A program made the position numbers and the translations under genes. Below are positions 18,701-27,301 of a DNA stretch of 64,000 nt, piece by piece. The stretch's first letter is position 1, and every line of letters begins with the position of its first letter. Below the pieces are notes generated by a model. The model saw nothing but the letters and a program-made list of their open reading frames with translations, was not told the origin of the DNA and did no database searches. Source of the stretch: Dehalococcoidia bacterium (GTDB taxonomy: Bacteria; Chloroflexota; Dehalococcoidia; Lucifugimonadales; UBA1127). The stretch lies in assembly GCA_965205235.1 (NCBI GenBank), contig CBDBGD010000008.1, positions 204,514 to 268,513 of the forward strand. The letters run 5' to 3'.

Positions 18701-20025
18701 GCCCGGCGGCACAGCGCGTACAGCGCCTCCTCCTCCCACTCCCCGGCGGCGCACGCGGCCACCATCTGCTGCGCCAGCACGTCCAGCGGCCAGTCGGGGA
18801 TGCGCAGCCGGTCCAGGTTCCCGCCCCGGTACGCCCGCACCAGCGCCAGGCACTCCAGCAGCTCGTCCCGCGTCAGCGGGAACAGCCGCCCCTTGGGCGT
18901 CGCCGCCACCGCGTGCCCGGACCGCCCCACGCGCTGCAGCATCAGCCCTATCGACCGCGGCGACCCGATCTGGCACACCAGGTCGACGGCGCCGATGTCG
19001 ATGCCCAGCTCCAGCGATGCCGTCGCCACGCATATCCGTAGCTCGCCCCGCTTCAGCCGCTGCTCGACGGCGAACCGCGTCCGACGCGACAGACTCCCGT
19101 GGTGCGCTGCGACCGCCTCCTCGCCCAGCCGCTCCGACAGCTGGTGTGCGACGCGCTCCACCAGCCGCCGCGTGTTGACGAAGACCAGCGTCGTGCGATG
19201 CTCGTTGCCCAGCGCGGCCACCCGGTCCAGCACCTCGCCCCACAGCTCGTGCGTGGCGATGGGCCCCAGCTCCCGCTCCGTCGGCGTCTCCAGCGCCAGG
19301 TCCATCTCCCGCCGGTGCCCCGTCTCGACGACAAGGCAGTCCGGCGCGCCCTCGTCCGACACCTCCGACGTGCCCACCAGGAAGCGCGCAACCTCCTCGA
19401 TCGGCCGCTGCGTCGCCGACAGGCCGATGCGCGTCACCGGCCCCGACGCCAGCGCGCACAGACGCTCCGCCGACAGGCTCAGGTGCGCCCCGCGCTTGCT
19501 CCCGACGACGGCGTGCACCTCGTCGAGGATGAGCGTGCGCACGCCCGCGAGCCCCTTCCGCCCGCTCTCGGATGTCAGCAGGATGAACAGCGACTCCGGC
19601 GTGGTGATGAGGATGTGCGGCGGCCGGCGGGCCATCGCCTGCCGCTCCGACGCCATCGTGTCGCCCGTCCGCACCGCCGCCCGGATCTCCGGCAGCGGCG
19701 TCCCCATCGCTTCCGCCAGCGCCGTCATCTCCGCCAGCGGCTCCGACAGGTTGCGCTGGATGTCGTTCGACAGCGCCTTCAGCGGCGAGACGTACACCAC
19801 CTGCGTCGCGTCCGGCAGCCCCTCAGCCAGCCCCTGCCGCACCAGCCCGTCCACGCACGTCAGGAACGCCGCCAGCGTCTTCCCCGACCCCGTCGGCGCC
19901 GATATCAGCGTGTGTCGCCCCCGTGCGATCGCGGGCCACCCCTGCTCCTGCGCGGCCGTCGGCGCGGCGTACCGCTCCTCGAACCAGCGCCGGACAATCG
20001 GATGGAACCCAGCCGTCGCGCCCAT
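15769..20025 (-). CDS. lhr: Lhr-family SF2 helicase
   Basis: APTGSGKT, SPLKALSND, TTPESL, DEVH, GLSAT, ELGIDIG, QRVGRSGH; C-terminal RGGRFV.G..GEQYA domain. Confidence 0.95.
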   Translation of the reverse strand: MGATAGFHPIVRRWFEERYAAPTAAQEQGWPAIARGRHTLISAPTGSGKTLAAFLTCVDGLVRQGLAEGLPDATQVVYVSPLKALSNDIQRNLSEPLAEMTALAEAMGTPLPEIRAAVRTGDTMASERQAMARRPPHILITTPESLFILLTSESGRKGLAGVRTLILDEVHAVVGSKRGAHLSLSAERLCALASGPVTRIGLSATQRPIEEVARFLVGTSEVSDEGAPDCLVVETGHRREMDLALETPTERELGPIATHELWGEVLDRVAALGNEHRTTLVFVNTRRLVERVAHQLSERLGEEAVAAHHGSLSRRTRFAVEQRLKRGELRICVATASLELGIDIGAVDLVCQIGSPRSIGLMLQRVGRSGHAVAATPKGRLFPLTRDELLECLALVRAYRGGNLDRLRIPDWPLDVLAQQMVAACAAGEWEEEALYALCRRAYPYRDLPRGKFDQVVEQLSQGVAPVRGRWGAYLHRDGVHGVLRPRRGARLAAITSGGAIPDNADYDVVADPEGVHVGTVNEDFAIESMAGDVFLLGNTPWRIRRIEQGRVRVQDAQGMAPTIPFWLGEAPGRTLELSDEVSALREALDDRLQEPSAAAAWLREETGASAEEAEQAVAYIEEGVRVLGHVPTRRRVVAERFFDEAGGMQLVIHAPFGTAINRAWGLALRKRLCRTFDFELQAAATDDGIVISLGPQHSFPLEQVFRFLNSRTVEDVLLQAALQSPFFTTRWRWNATRSLAVLRHTGGRKVPAPLQRMRSDDLLAAVFPAQVACQDNGLRGADIEAPDHPLVFETVRDCLTEALDLAGLTGVLEAVERGEIEVFARETPQPSAFSHQLLNAMPYAFLDDAPLEERRARAVTLRRALPEDAQDLGALDVAAIEAAAEDAWPTVRDAEELHDALLTLGVLPEDSPWAATWREWFEALVADDRAALLRTPEGAVFWVAAERAALAGAAYPDARFEPAMPADGDVPSEEEAVAALVRGRAECSGPFTVGQMAGWLSLREGDVGIALARLEGEGMLLRGRFTPGGTVEEMCDRRILARIHRATIARLRREIEPAPVALFLRFLFRWQHVDPTSRLQGDGGLLEVIDQLQGYETAAGAWEEELLPARLAHYDPLMLDRLCFGGEVVWGRFARRKSSANGAVARTPLSRTGPLSLGLREDLPWLLDRRTADGEALSGAAREVLACLEERGASFLPDILAGVARLPSEVEDALWQLVAAGRVTADGFGALRGLISGVNRRVRRGRPRLRARPRRHARSSRWALLESPESTGDVLEERAFQLLRRYGVVTPELLLRETMAPPWRTLLPVFRRAEARGEIRGGRFVAGLVGEQYALPEAVEALRRERRTEASGALTVVSACDPLNLAGILTPGPRVPATPGNRVVVRDGVPVASLQGGEVHAADAAVAAEARRVLGVG

Positions 20026-20093
20026 AACCAGCCCATTCTATCGCGCAACGCTCCCGACACCCACCACCCCCTGTCACCCCCACCACCACACCA

Positions 20094-20145
20094 TCGTCGT
20101 TCCTGCGAAACCTCTCGTCGTTCCTGCGAAGGCAGGAACCTCGAC
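20094..20145. repeat. REP-like family A, tandem partial plus full copy
   Basis: TCGTCGTTCCTGCGAA repeated, followed by GGCAGGAACCTCGAC. Confidence 0.75.
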
Positions 20146-20172
20146 TCAGCCCCTCAACACTTCATCGCGTTC

Positions 20173-20562
20173 CTACCACGCAGACCGCAAATACCCCCCA
20201 GCAGCCTCCGCGAGCCGGCGGTCAAACGTGACCAGTGGGATCGACAACGCCCGCGCCAGCCAGAGGTAGCTGGCGTCGTACGTCGTGAGGTCCGCATCCA
20301 AGGCCAGGCCCAGCGCCGCCGAGTGGTCGACGTCGCTCCAACGAATGGGAAGCATCAGGGCCGCAGTGAGCGCCTCGGTGAGGGCTTGAGCGTCCCTCGG
20401 GTAGGCCGCCACCTTCCTCCGTGCAATGCTGGCAAGCTCATAGGCCAGAAGGCGGGGCGCGTACAGGTCGACGTCCCGAAGCAGCCGCAGCGCCTCCGCG
20501 GCTCGCGGCTCCCGAAAGCACCACGCCGCCACCACCGACGCGTCGACGACCCTACCGGCCAT
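20173..20562 (-). CDS. vapC: VapC-type PIN toxin
   Basis: VVDAS, E, LTTYDASY, LVTFD PIN acidic residues. Confidence 0.9.
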   Translation of the reverse strand: MAGRVVDASVVAAWCFREPRAAEALRLLRDVDLYAPRLLAYELASIARRKVAAYPRDAQALTEALTAALMLPIRWSDVDHSAALGLALDADLTTYDASYLWLARALSIPLVTFDRRLAEAAGGYLRSAW

Positions 20563-20785
20563 CGCGCAGCGTTCGCACCCATGCCGTCGAGTCGTCCCCT
20601 GTCCCGAAGCTGAGAGCGCTCAAACGCCTCTCTGCTTCATCCAGGGAGAGTCTCTCAGGACCTGTCGCCTCCTCCAGGATGACCATAAGCTCGCCCTGCA
20701 ACGAGCGATGGTGGCGCTTTGCCCTGCTGCGCAGCTTTTCCATCACCTCGTCGGGCACGTTCTTGACGGACAGATTGACCGGCAC
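20552..20785 (-). CDS. Arc/FitA-like RHH antitoxin
   Basis: NLSVKNVPDEV...RAKRHHRSLQGE; overlaps the vapC start. Confidence 0.85.
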   Translation of the reverse strand: MPVNLSVKNVPDEVMEKLRSRAKRHHRSLQGELMVILEEATGPERLSLDEAERRLSALSFGTGDDSTAWVRTLRDGR

Positions 20786-20819
20786 GTCTTCTGCTCCATA
20801 ACGCATCTATTCTGGCGCC

Positions 20820-20849
20820 ATTCTAGACCGGATATGACGCCGGTTTCAA
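20820..20849 (-). promoter_or_regulatory. putative promoter of the TA operon
   Basis: Minus strand TTGAAA, 18-bp spacer, TAGAAT. Confidence 0.45.
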
Positions 20850-20897
20850 GCACGTCAGTCCCCTCTCCCTGGAGGGTGAGGGCTCCCGCCCCTCGCC

Positions 20898-22561
20898 TCA
20901 ACCCACCCCATCCCCACCGCCATCCTCACCGTACAGTATCCGCAGCGCCAGCTCCCGCGCCTCGTCCAGGGTCGACACGTAGTGGCCGGCGGGAACGTGG
21001 TCCAGCACGTTCAGCGCATGGAGATTGTCGGCCACTGGCCCCGCAGGCCCATGATGATGCACGGGGTCATCTCCTCGTTCTCCTGTTCGATGAGCTGCTC
21101 CACCACCATCGCTGCGCTGTCGTCCATGTACACCGTCTCGGTGAAGTCCATGATCAGCACCTCGTGGTCCCGAATGTCCGCGCTGATCGTGTTGACCAAC
21201 CGACGCGACGACGCCACGGTGAACGTCCCCCGCAGCGACACCATCCCCACCCGCGCCGAGAACTCGTCGCCGCCTGGGCCGACGCGCCCCAGGAACGCCC
21301 GGTCCAGCAGCGGCGTCGAGACCACGCTGTCCATCTCCAGCCGGACGAACTGCCGCGTGCTGGCTATGCCGGCGGCGATGAGGCCCACCATCACGGCGGT
21401 GATCAGGTCCAGGATCACGGTCATCGCCATCGTGCCCAGCATGACGAACAGGTTTTCCCGCTGCACCTGGTGGGCTCGCGCCAGGAACCGCTTGTCCAGG
21501 ATGTCCCAGCCCACCTTGACCAGGATGCCCGCCAGCGCCGCATGCGGCACCGATTCCACAAAGTCGCCCAGGCCCACCGCCATCGCCACCAGGATCACCG
21601 CCACCAGCACGCCCGCCACCGCCGTTCTGCCTCCGGCCTGGAAGTTCACCAGCGTGCTCAGGGTGTTCCCGGCCCCTGGCAGAGCGCCGATGAGCCCCGC
21701 CACGGTATTGGCGATGCCCTGTCCCACCAGCTCCTTGTCGGGGTTGTGTACGGCCCTGCTCTTGGCGTCGACGATGAGCGAAGTGAGCAGGCTGTCTATC
21801 GACCCCAGCAGCGCCAGCGTCAACGCAGGCACCACGGCGTTGAGCAGCAGCCCCGCGTCGACGCTCGGTAGCACCAGGTCGGGCATGCCCGTGGGCACCT
21901 TGCCGATGACCGGCGCCCCGTCCAGCCATAGCACGCCCAGCAGTGTCCCGGCGACCAGCGCCGCCAGGGTTGGCGGAAACCACCGCCCTATCCTCGCCGG
22001 AAACAGCACGCCCACGGCCAGCGTCACGACGGCGATGATGAACGCGTCGTAGTTCACCCCTGCTACCGCCTCCGGTATCGCCCGCACCGCGCCCAGCGGC
22101 CCCCCGTCCGCCGACCCCGACCCCAGGAAGGGCAGCACCTGCAGCACGATGATGATTAGGCCGATTCCGGACATGAACCCTGAGATGACCGAGTGGGGTG
22201 TGAAGGCCACCAGGCGGCCTATCCGCAGCGCGCCCAGGAGGATCTGCAGCAGCCCCGCCAGTATGACGATGAAGAAGGCGTCGGCCATGTTGTCCGAGTG
22301 CACCGTCACGATGGCCGCCATCGCCACCGACATCGGCCCAGTGGGCCCCGATATCTGCGACCTCGTCCCGCCGAACACCGCGGCGAAGAACCCCACCGCC
22401 ACGGCCCCGTAGATGCCCGCCAGCGGTCCCAGCCCCGACGCCACGCCGAAGGCCAGCGCCACCGGCAGCCCCACCACCGCAGCCGTTATCCCGCCGAATA
22501 CGTCACCCCGGAACGTCCGGAGGTCGTACCCGATGTGCGGCATTCCCAGACTAAGCGACAT
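20898..22561 (-). CDS. SulP anion transporter with STAS domain; frameshift near 21040
   Basis: GD..GGIT...LP.ALAFG and SGPTGPM; the STAS C-terminus continues in another frame (PVADNLHALNVLDHVPAGHYVSTLDEA). Confidence 0.85.
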
Positions 22562-22641
22562 CAACACCCCCCGACGACACATCCACCCGCGCCCCTACCC
22601 ATACCACGCCCCTCCACCCCCTGTCACCCCTGCCGTCTCCC

Positions 22642-22896
22642 GCTCGCCCTGAGCCTGTCGAAGGGCCACCCTGAACCTCAATCCCCTCTCCCAGAGGGAG
22701 AGGGTTAGGGTGAGGGTCCCGCGGTGCAGGCAAGCGCCACTCCACTCGTGGTCAGCCCAACCCCCGCTCATGGTGAGCCTGTCGAACCACGGGCGCGCAC
22801 ACCCGCCGCACCCCATCTCGTCACTCCGGCGCAGGCCGGAGTCCAGGGGTGGAGTGGGGCATCCTCCGTTGTGGACGGGTTCGCGAGCCGCCCTAG
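22642..22896. repeat. composite cluster of REP-like elements (B, CCCTCTCCC-type, B, A, GTAG-like)
   Basis: Units at 22642-22666, 22683-22716, 22766-22794, 22818-22849 and ~22871-22896. Confidence 0.75.
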
Positions 22897-22946
22897 AGCA
22901 ATGGCACTACCGAGGCCTTTAGCCGAGGCTTGCGAGGCTGCTCGTC

Positions 22947-24284
22947 TCAGCCAGCCAGCACGCTCCTGACCGCATCCTCAACACGCAGCACGGCCAGTTG
23001 CACGCCGCGTATATCTTCTCTGGTTTGCTGGATGGCTTCCAAATCCGTGTTGCCGATAGCTTCGTCGAGAGACCCAAGCCTTCCTCGAAAGCCCTCCAGT
23101 GTGTTACGAAGTTCGCCCATCCGATCCCCTAGTACAGAGTCCCTGCTAAGGCTAAAGTCGTTCTCAATCTCCTTGACGGCGACTTGGATTCCCGTAATCG
23201 CCTCTGGCTTCTCGCGTAGAGTTGCTCTTGCTTCACTGATCTCAGCGAAACTTCGATCTGAGTCCAGTGCCTTTGTGCTCGCCAGGATGTCTTCTAGGAA
23301 GGATTCGATGCCGACAGCGTCCATGCGCTCCAGGAAGCTCTGCCGCAGAGGTCCGGTCACGCTGCTAGGCATCCCTGCTGTACGCTGGAATCCGAAGAGA
23401 CGTTCTGTATCAACCACGCCGGAGACTTTGAATTCGGCGGCTATGAGTCCTGGCCTCGCGACCGTCACGGCCATACACTGGATGTCCCCCGGCTCCATTC
23501 CCCCTAGTTGCAACTCCCTAACCTCTCGCCTATCTCGTCCTTCACCTTGCCACATCGGAGTGCCACTCCTCTGGATGACGACGTCCCTAAAGTGGACGGC
23601 AGGGACATCACTACTATCAGGCACGGTGTTGCGAACTGTAATGGTCACGTTCGCTAAGTTGTCTGGGTCATGCTCGTTGTCCCCCACCTCCACCGTCATC
23701 TGCAGGCTGTCCACCAGTTGATGCCAGAAGTCCCACTGGTCCGCGGGCATATCCCTAGGGGGCGCTTCACCTACTGGTTCCTCAACGTCTGGAAGAGGCC
23801 TGTCTGGGGGCGTATAGTCGCCGTTTGCGGCAGCAGTGTCACGCACCATGTTCTCAATCTCCAAAGCTTCGTCACGCCTCAACGAGACGAGAATGTGCTT
23901 CATCATGTCGGCGCCCCAACCGACGCGGTCCCACGACATACTGAGATCGTGTGCCCACTCGTTGCGGAGAGCCACTAGTCGTCGCAGTATCGTTTGCACG
24001 TCACGCGGGTTGTCGAACGCGTCGGAGAAGGAACGATTGTAGTTTTGCTCGACAATCTGTGGAAAGTGATTGGGGTCCAGGTGGAGATGCTCCTCTCTTG
24101 CGGGGTATCTGTCGAAGTACCTTCGGATCGGACCCTTCTGGTCCTCCGACAGCGCCATCATGACACCCCAGTCCCACCAGTCCTTCCCAAACACTTGCTC
24201 CAGTCGGTATCTGATGGCTTCTCTCATCCCGCCCACGTATAAGCGGTGAAGAGCCGTGAATAGTAGATATGGGTCGCTATACAA
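22947..24284 (-). CDS. Swt1-like HEPN domain protein
   Basis: GKDWW, LD...QIV..N...F and LRNEWAH (Rx4H); lower GC; TTG start after GAGGTG is inferred. Confidence 0.7.
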   Translation of the reverse strand: MYSDPYLLFTALHRLYVGGMREAIRYRLEQVFGKDWWDWGVMMALSEDQKGPIRRYFDRYPAREEHLHLDPNHFPQIVEQNYNRSFSDAFDNPRDVQTILRRLVALRNEWAHDLSMSWDRVGWGADMMKHILVSLRRDEALEIENMVRDTAAANGDYTPPDRPLPDVEEPVGEAPPRDMPADQWDFWHQLVDSLQMTVEVGDNEHDPDNLANVTITVRNTVPDSSDVPAVHFRDVVIQRSGTPMWQGEGRDRREVRELQLGGMEPGDIQCMAVTVARPGLIAAEFKVSGVVDTERLFGFQRTAGMPSSVTGPLRQSFLERMDAVGIESFLEDILASTKALDSDRSFAEISEARATLREKPEAITGIQVAVKEIENDFSLSRDSVLGDRMGELRNTLEGFRGRLGSLDEAIGNTDLEAIQQTREDIRGVQLAVLRVEDAVRSVLAG

Positions 24285-24418
24285 ATCGCACCTCGCAATT
24301 TTGCATAATACCACACCCTTCCCGGCGCCCCCACCCACTGCCACCTCCCCCTACCCCTCAACCCCTCCCGTCCCCTACCATGACCCCATGCCCACCGACT
24401 CCACGCGCCCGACCACAA

Positions 24419-24471
24419 TCGTCGTTCCTGCGCAGGCAGAGTCTGCCCCTGCGAAGGCAGGGGAACCTCGA
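24419..24471. repeat. REP-like family A with nested internal hairpin
   Basis: GTCGTTCCTGCGCAGGCAG[AGTCTGCCCCTGCGAAGGCAGGG]GAACCTCG. Confidence 0.7.
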
Positions 24472-24915
24472 TGCCCTCCCCCACTAACCCCCGCCGTGGA
24501 CCAACGACAAAAGGTGTGGGTCCAGGGCGTGCCCTGCAAGTTGTTTCATATCCCTCGTTTTCGGCCCCTGTTCCCTATCTGGAGGTCGTTCCGCGGTTGT
24601 TCCGCGCGGCGTTTGTCTCCTATCTGCGACCCGCGACTCAAACCCCGCGTCGCGAAACAACCTCCAAGCTGCGACCCCCTCTCCGATGGCCGGACGAAAA
24701 CACGAATCCAAGCTGCCCCCCATCCCCACGCGGAACAACCGAGAATCAACGTCAAAGCTGTTTCGGGCCGGGGAGAGCCGACCCCAGGCACGGGAGGCCC
24801 GGAAAAAAACGCGCGAAACGGAACGAATCGAATCGAACCCCAGCCCTTGCTGGACGGCGTCCCAGACGTCGTGTACCGTACGGGAGTGACGCACCCCGAC
24901 GACCAGGAGGCGCCC

Positions 24916-25899
24916 ATGACCATCCGTAGCACACCCTGGCGAGAGGGCCACTGCACCCTCGCCGGCGCCACCGGCACGGCCACCCGAGACGGCCGCCCCC
25001 TCATCGGCGGCACCAGCGACGACCCCTACAGCATCCGCACCCGCCTCCTCGTCGTCGCCCCGCCCGACGGCGCCCGGTTCGTCGCCACCCAGATCGTCTC
25101 CGGCAACGGCGCCCACGCCGCCGACTTCGACCGCATGCACACCCGCGGCGTCAACGACCGCGGCTTCGCCTACACCTGGTCCTCCGCCGCCCCCGACCCC
25201 AGCGTCGAGCCCCTCTCCACCCAGGCGTTCGGCGTCCCCTACTCCCAGTTCGGGCGGCTCCTCCTCAGCCAGGCCGGCTCCGTCGAGGAGGCCGTCGGCC
25301 TCTTCGAGCGCTACCCCCGGGCCATCCACGGCAACTTCCTCCTCGCCGATGCCTCCGGCGTCGCCGCCCTCGTCGAGGTCAGCACCCGTTCCCTCAACGT
25401 CGAGACACACATGTCGAATGGCGTCCTCGGCCGCAGCAACCACTACGTCTCACCGACCATGGCCGCCATCGCCCCGCCAAAGGACGCCGAGGGCTCCTCC
25501 GCCGTCCGCCTCGCCCGCATCACCGAGCTCATGGAGGCCGGCGCCGGCGACATCGACGTCCCGTACATGGCCCGCTGCTTCAGCGACCACGAGACCCTGG
25601 CCGAGACCGGCTGGTCGGTTTGCGCCCACGGCATGGGGCGCGACGACGGCGGCGAGCGCGGCGGCACCGTCAGCTCGGAGCTCCTCGACCCCACGCGCCG
25701 GGTGCTGCACTACTGCTACGGCTGGCCCTGCGGCGGCGACCCGGAGGCTCCCGACGATCAGCCTCTGCAGGACCGCTCCTGGGGCCGCTACCTCCCCTTC
25801 CGCCTCGACGACCTGGAGCCCGGCGAGTACGTCACCGCCGACGGCAGACTCACCCCCCTCGCCGTCCGATACCTCGGCGCGCAGGCAGGCGCATCGTAG
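24916..25899 (+). CDS. Ntn-hydrolase, peptidase C45 / acyltransferase family
   Basis: Short leader then CT nucleophile; GVNDRG, GNFLLAD, RSNHY, TVSS; AGGAGG RBS. Confidence 0.8.
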   Translation: MTIRSTPWREGHCTLAGATGTATRDGRPLIGGTSDDPYSIRTRLLVVAPPDGARFVATQIVSGNGAHAADFDRMHTRGVNDRGFAYTWSSAAPDPSVEPLSTQAFGVPYSQFGRLLLSQAGSVEEAVGLFERYPRAIHGNFLLADASGVAALVEVSTRSLNVETHMSNGVLGRSNHYVSPTMAAIAPPKDAEGSSAVRLARITELMEAGAGDIDVPYMARCFSDHETLAETGWSVCAHGMGRDDGGERGGTVSSELLDPTRRVLHYCYGWPCGGDPEAPDDQPLQDRSWGRYLPFRLDDLEPGEYVTADGRLTPLAVRYLGAQAGAS

Positions 25900-25966
25900 A
25901 AGTCGGCCCCTGGGAGGGGTAGGCTTGAGGGCGATCCGCTGCGAGGGCAAGAACCTTCCTCCGAAA

Positions 25967-26083
25967 AGGGGGAGTCCAGAGGGGGAAAGCCCCTCTGGCA
26001 AGGGGTCTGGGGGATGTGCCCCCAGCTATCAAAAGACGTCCGAGGGCGGGCGGGTGGGCCCACCCAAGGTCGCACCGTAGGGA
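25967..26083. repeat. ~118-bp double-hairpin dispersed repeat, copy 2
   Basis: Near-identical to 15008-15126, same orientation. Confidence 0.85.
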
Positions 26084-26130
26084 ATCACCACCCCTGGGAG
26101 AGACCGGGGTGAAAGAACCGGAGGCGCTGA

Positions 26131-27249
26131 ATGCTGGAGCAGTTCAAGGTTAGAGAGGGCGACGCCGTCCGGGTTGACTCGGACGCCCTGAGGTCCACGG
26201 TCCAGGCGGTCTTCGCGGCCATGGGCGTCCCCGGCGACGATGCGGCCCTCGCCGCCGACGTCCTCGTCGCCGCCGACCTACGCGGCGTCGACAGCCACGG
26301 CGTCTCGAACCAGCTACGCTCCTACGTCGCCGCCTACCGCGACGGCCGCACCAACCCCACGCCCCAGTGGCGGGTCGTGCGAGAGAGCCCTTCCACCGCC
26401 ACCATAGACTGCGACCATGGCCTGGGCCTCATCCTCGCCCCCAAGGCCATGGACATCGCCATCGCCAAGGCGCGGCAGGTCGGCGTGGGCATGGTCAGCA
26501 TGCGGCGGGGCCGGCACCTCGGCATGGCCGGCTACCACGCCATGCTCCCCCTCAAGCACGACATGATCGGCATCTGCATGACCGCGCCGGGGCCGCTGGT
26601 GCTCCCCACCCACGGCAGCGCCGCCCGCCTCGGCACCAACCCCATCGCCTTCGCCGCGCCCACCAGGGACGAGCAGCCCTTCGTCCTCGACATGGCGACC
26701 AGCGTCATCGCCGCCAACAAGATCGGCCTGGCCCGGCGGCTCGGCACCCTCATGGCCCCCGGCTGGATCGCCGAGGAGTCCGGCGCGCCCATCATGGTCC
26801 CCGCAGACCCTCCGCCTCCGGCGCCCCACTCGCGCTCCGGCTACCCGGACCGGCTCCTTCCCCTGGGCAGCACTCGGGAGATGGGCGCGCACAAGGGCTA
26901 CGGCCTTGGGGTCATGGTGGAGATACTCTGCTCCGTCCTCTCCGGCGCCGCCCCCTCGACGCTGGGTGAGACGGAGGATATGGACCACTTCGTCGCCGCC
27001 ATCGACGTCGCGGCCTTCACCGACGTGGACGAGTTCAAGGCGATGATGGACAGCTTCATGCGAGTGCTGAAGGAGACGCCGCCCGCGCCCGGCCACGACC
27101 GCGTCATGGTGGCTGGTCAGCCCGAAGCCGAAGCCGAGGCCGACCGGCGCGCGAACGGCATTCCCTTGCACCCGGAGGTCATCGACTGGTTCGCCGCAAC
27201 CTGCGAAGAGCTCGGCATCCCCTGGACCCTCACGGCGCCCGCCGCCTGA
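26131..27249 (+). CDS. Ldh_2 family oxidoreductase (ComC/AllD-like)
   Basis: ADLRGVDSHG, H.GMAGY, GTNPIA, LDMATS, HKGYGL. Confidence 0.92.
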   Translation: MLEQFKVREGDAVRVDSDALRSTVQAVFAAMGVPGDDAALAADVLVAADLRGVDSHGVSNQLRSYVAAYRDGRTNPTPQWRVVRESPSTATIDCDHGLGLILAPKAMDIAIAKARQVGVGMVSMRRGRHLGMAGYHAMLPLKHDMIGICMTAPGPLVLPTHGSAARLGTNPIAFAAPTRDEQPFVLDMATSVIAANKIGLARRLGTLMAPGWIAEESGAPIMVPADPPPPAPHSRSGYPDRLLPLGSTREMGAHKGYGLGVMVEILCSVLSGAAPSTLGETEDMDHFVAAIDVAAFTDVDEFKAMMDSFMRVLKETPPAPGHDRVMVAGQPEAEAEADRRANGIPLHPEVIDWFAATCEELGIPWTLTAPAA

Positions 27250-27260
27250 TGAGCGCCCCC

Positions 27261-27285
27261 GCTCGTGGTGAGCCTGTCGAACCAC
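27261..27285. repeat. REP-like hairpin, family B
   Basis: GCTCGTGGTGAGCCTGTCGAACCAC between convergent genes. Confidence 0.75.
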
Positions 27286-27301
27286 ACCGCCCAGGGCGAC
27301 C

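Noticed and set aside
20064-22630. 17-bp direct repeat CCACCCCCTGTCACCCC (20064 and 22614) around vapBC-sulP
   Set aside because: C-rich, low complexity and adjacent to REP starts; insufficient to call an insertion boundary.
22642-22896. Possible CRISPR array
   Set aside because: Units are heterogeneous palindromes without constant repeat-spacer periodicity, and no cas genes are present.
24256-24915. 220-aa N-terminal extension of the C45 hydrolase ORF
   Set aside because: It runs through a REP and low-complexity spacer; the ATG at 24916 has a strong AGGAGG RBS close to the catalytic Cys.
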